Positions 62,870 through 64,000 of a stretch of 64,000 bases of DNA are shown here, one piece after another. The first letter of the stretch is position 1; the number at the start of each line of letters is the position of its first letter. Under the pieces are notes generated by a model. The model saw only the letters and a list, made by a program, of their open reading frames with translations. It made no database searches and was not told the origin of the DNA. The stretch lies in the NCBI RefSeq assembly GCF_009914755.1, contig NC_060928.1; one strand, given 5' to 3'. The translations under genes and the position numbers were made by a program. This DNA comes from the human T2T-CHM13v2.0 reference genome, Homo sapiens.

Positions 62870-63400
62870 ACATGCAAATAAAATATAGTAAAAAGAAAGA
62901 AAATATAGATGTCATGAAAAAATAAATAAATGAAGAAACAAATTAGTACAGATTAACATCCATACTCTAAGTTACAACAAACAGAAACTCTATAAAGCTA
63001 AGACAGAAGACAGTGTGATGAAAATTGAGACAGGCATACTAAGGGAATAAATTGAGGAAAAACACAACTGGATATCATGAAGTGGAAACGAAGCAGAAAA
63101 GCATGAATCAATAGTGTAGAAAGTCAAATCCCTCGCATGGAGGACAAGTTGAAAGAAATCATCCATACTGGGAAAGAAAAGAGTAAAGGAAGCCAGCAAG
63201 CTCACACAAAGAACATAATAACTGAAGAGAACAGACAAAAAAATGATATCAAATAGTGATCCTCTAATCTACCCCAAAAGAACACCAAAGGAAACAAAAC
63301 AAAAAATATTCAAATTTAATAATGGAATACAATTTTAATTAAAAGAAAACACAAACTTTTAATAAAACATTTGCCTGTACTTCAGGCAAAATTAAAGACA
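62870..63400 (+). mobile_element. Very old L1ME ORF1-region fragment
   Basis: A-rich sense strand with ORF1-like phrases (gaatcaatagtgtag...ggaggacaagttgaaagaaatc). Confidence 0.5.
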
Positions 63401-63402
63401 TT

Positions 63403-63920
63403 TGGTGATGGTAATTAGTATTATTGATCCCAATTCTCCATTTCTCCTTGTGTTCACAGCCTTTGTTCATGTAATTTTGTAGTTTTCCCACTGGAAGTGG
63501 AATTTACTTCCCTCCCTTCTGATGATGGGCCTAACTGTGTACTTGTTTTAACCATTAATAGGTATGAGGAAAAGGCAGCAGTGTGTAATCACTAAGTCCA
63601 AGCCTTAAGAGGCATCCATATTCCATTTTGCTTTTCTTAAGCTTCTTCCATCCCTATGAGATTTTCAGTGCACTAGAATCCATGCCTCTCATTTACATCT
63701 AATACCTGGTTTATTCAATGGTTCAGATAGCATAATAAACATGTGGGGCAGATGTGGACCCAAACTGCAGCTTGAAATATTGTCCAGCTAAGCCCAGCCT
63801 TTTCAACCAGACCCCTGATTAACCTACCAGCACATGATCACAAATCAATAACCACTTTAAATCAATGAGTTTCTAGGTGAACTCTTACGTGGCACTTTTG
63901 TGGCAATAGTTAACAGAGGA
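63403..63920 (+). mobile_element. MLT1H/G-like solo LTR
   Basis: gtagttttcccactggaagtggaatttacttccctccc; agccttaagaggc; ends gtggcaatagttaacag. Confidence 0.75.
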
Positions 63921-64000
63921 ATTCACCAAGCAGAAAATATTTTATTGGTTATTTAAATTCAAGCTTAAAGAAATAAGCTACTTTGGAAAAAAATGCATGG

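Overview
AT-rich, gene-poor primate genomic DNA (Alu, L1PA and THE1/MST elements; human or another simian, species not determinable from sequence alone). There is no supportable host protein-coding gene, RNA gene or CRISPR array; every long ORF in the track is a decayed LINE-1 ORF1/ORF2 piece or a spurious frame over a repeat. By my rough tally about 45% of the window is LINE-1. It includes a full-length L1PA7-like element (6394-13007), a full-length 5'-inverted L1PA7/8 carrying a nested L1PA3 (30914-39999), an inverted L1PA4 with a large internal deletion (42153-44968), and an old L1MA carrying a complete MaLR provirus and Alus (49388-58964). I found no convincing new biological system. The most notable items are structural: twin-primed inversions, several fold-back templated insertions, a tailless Alu with target-site duplication (TSD), a dispersed ~190-bp duplication of unique DNA, and a CpG-retaining motif cluster at ~23.7-24.3 kb that may be an enhancer. 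Subfamily names are recalled from consensus diagnostics, not from a database search; boundaries of old repeats are approximate.
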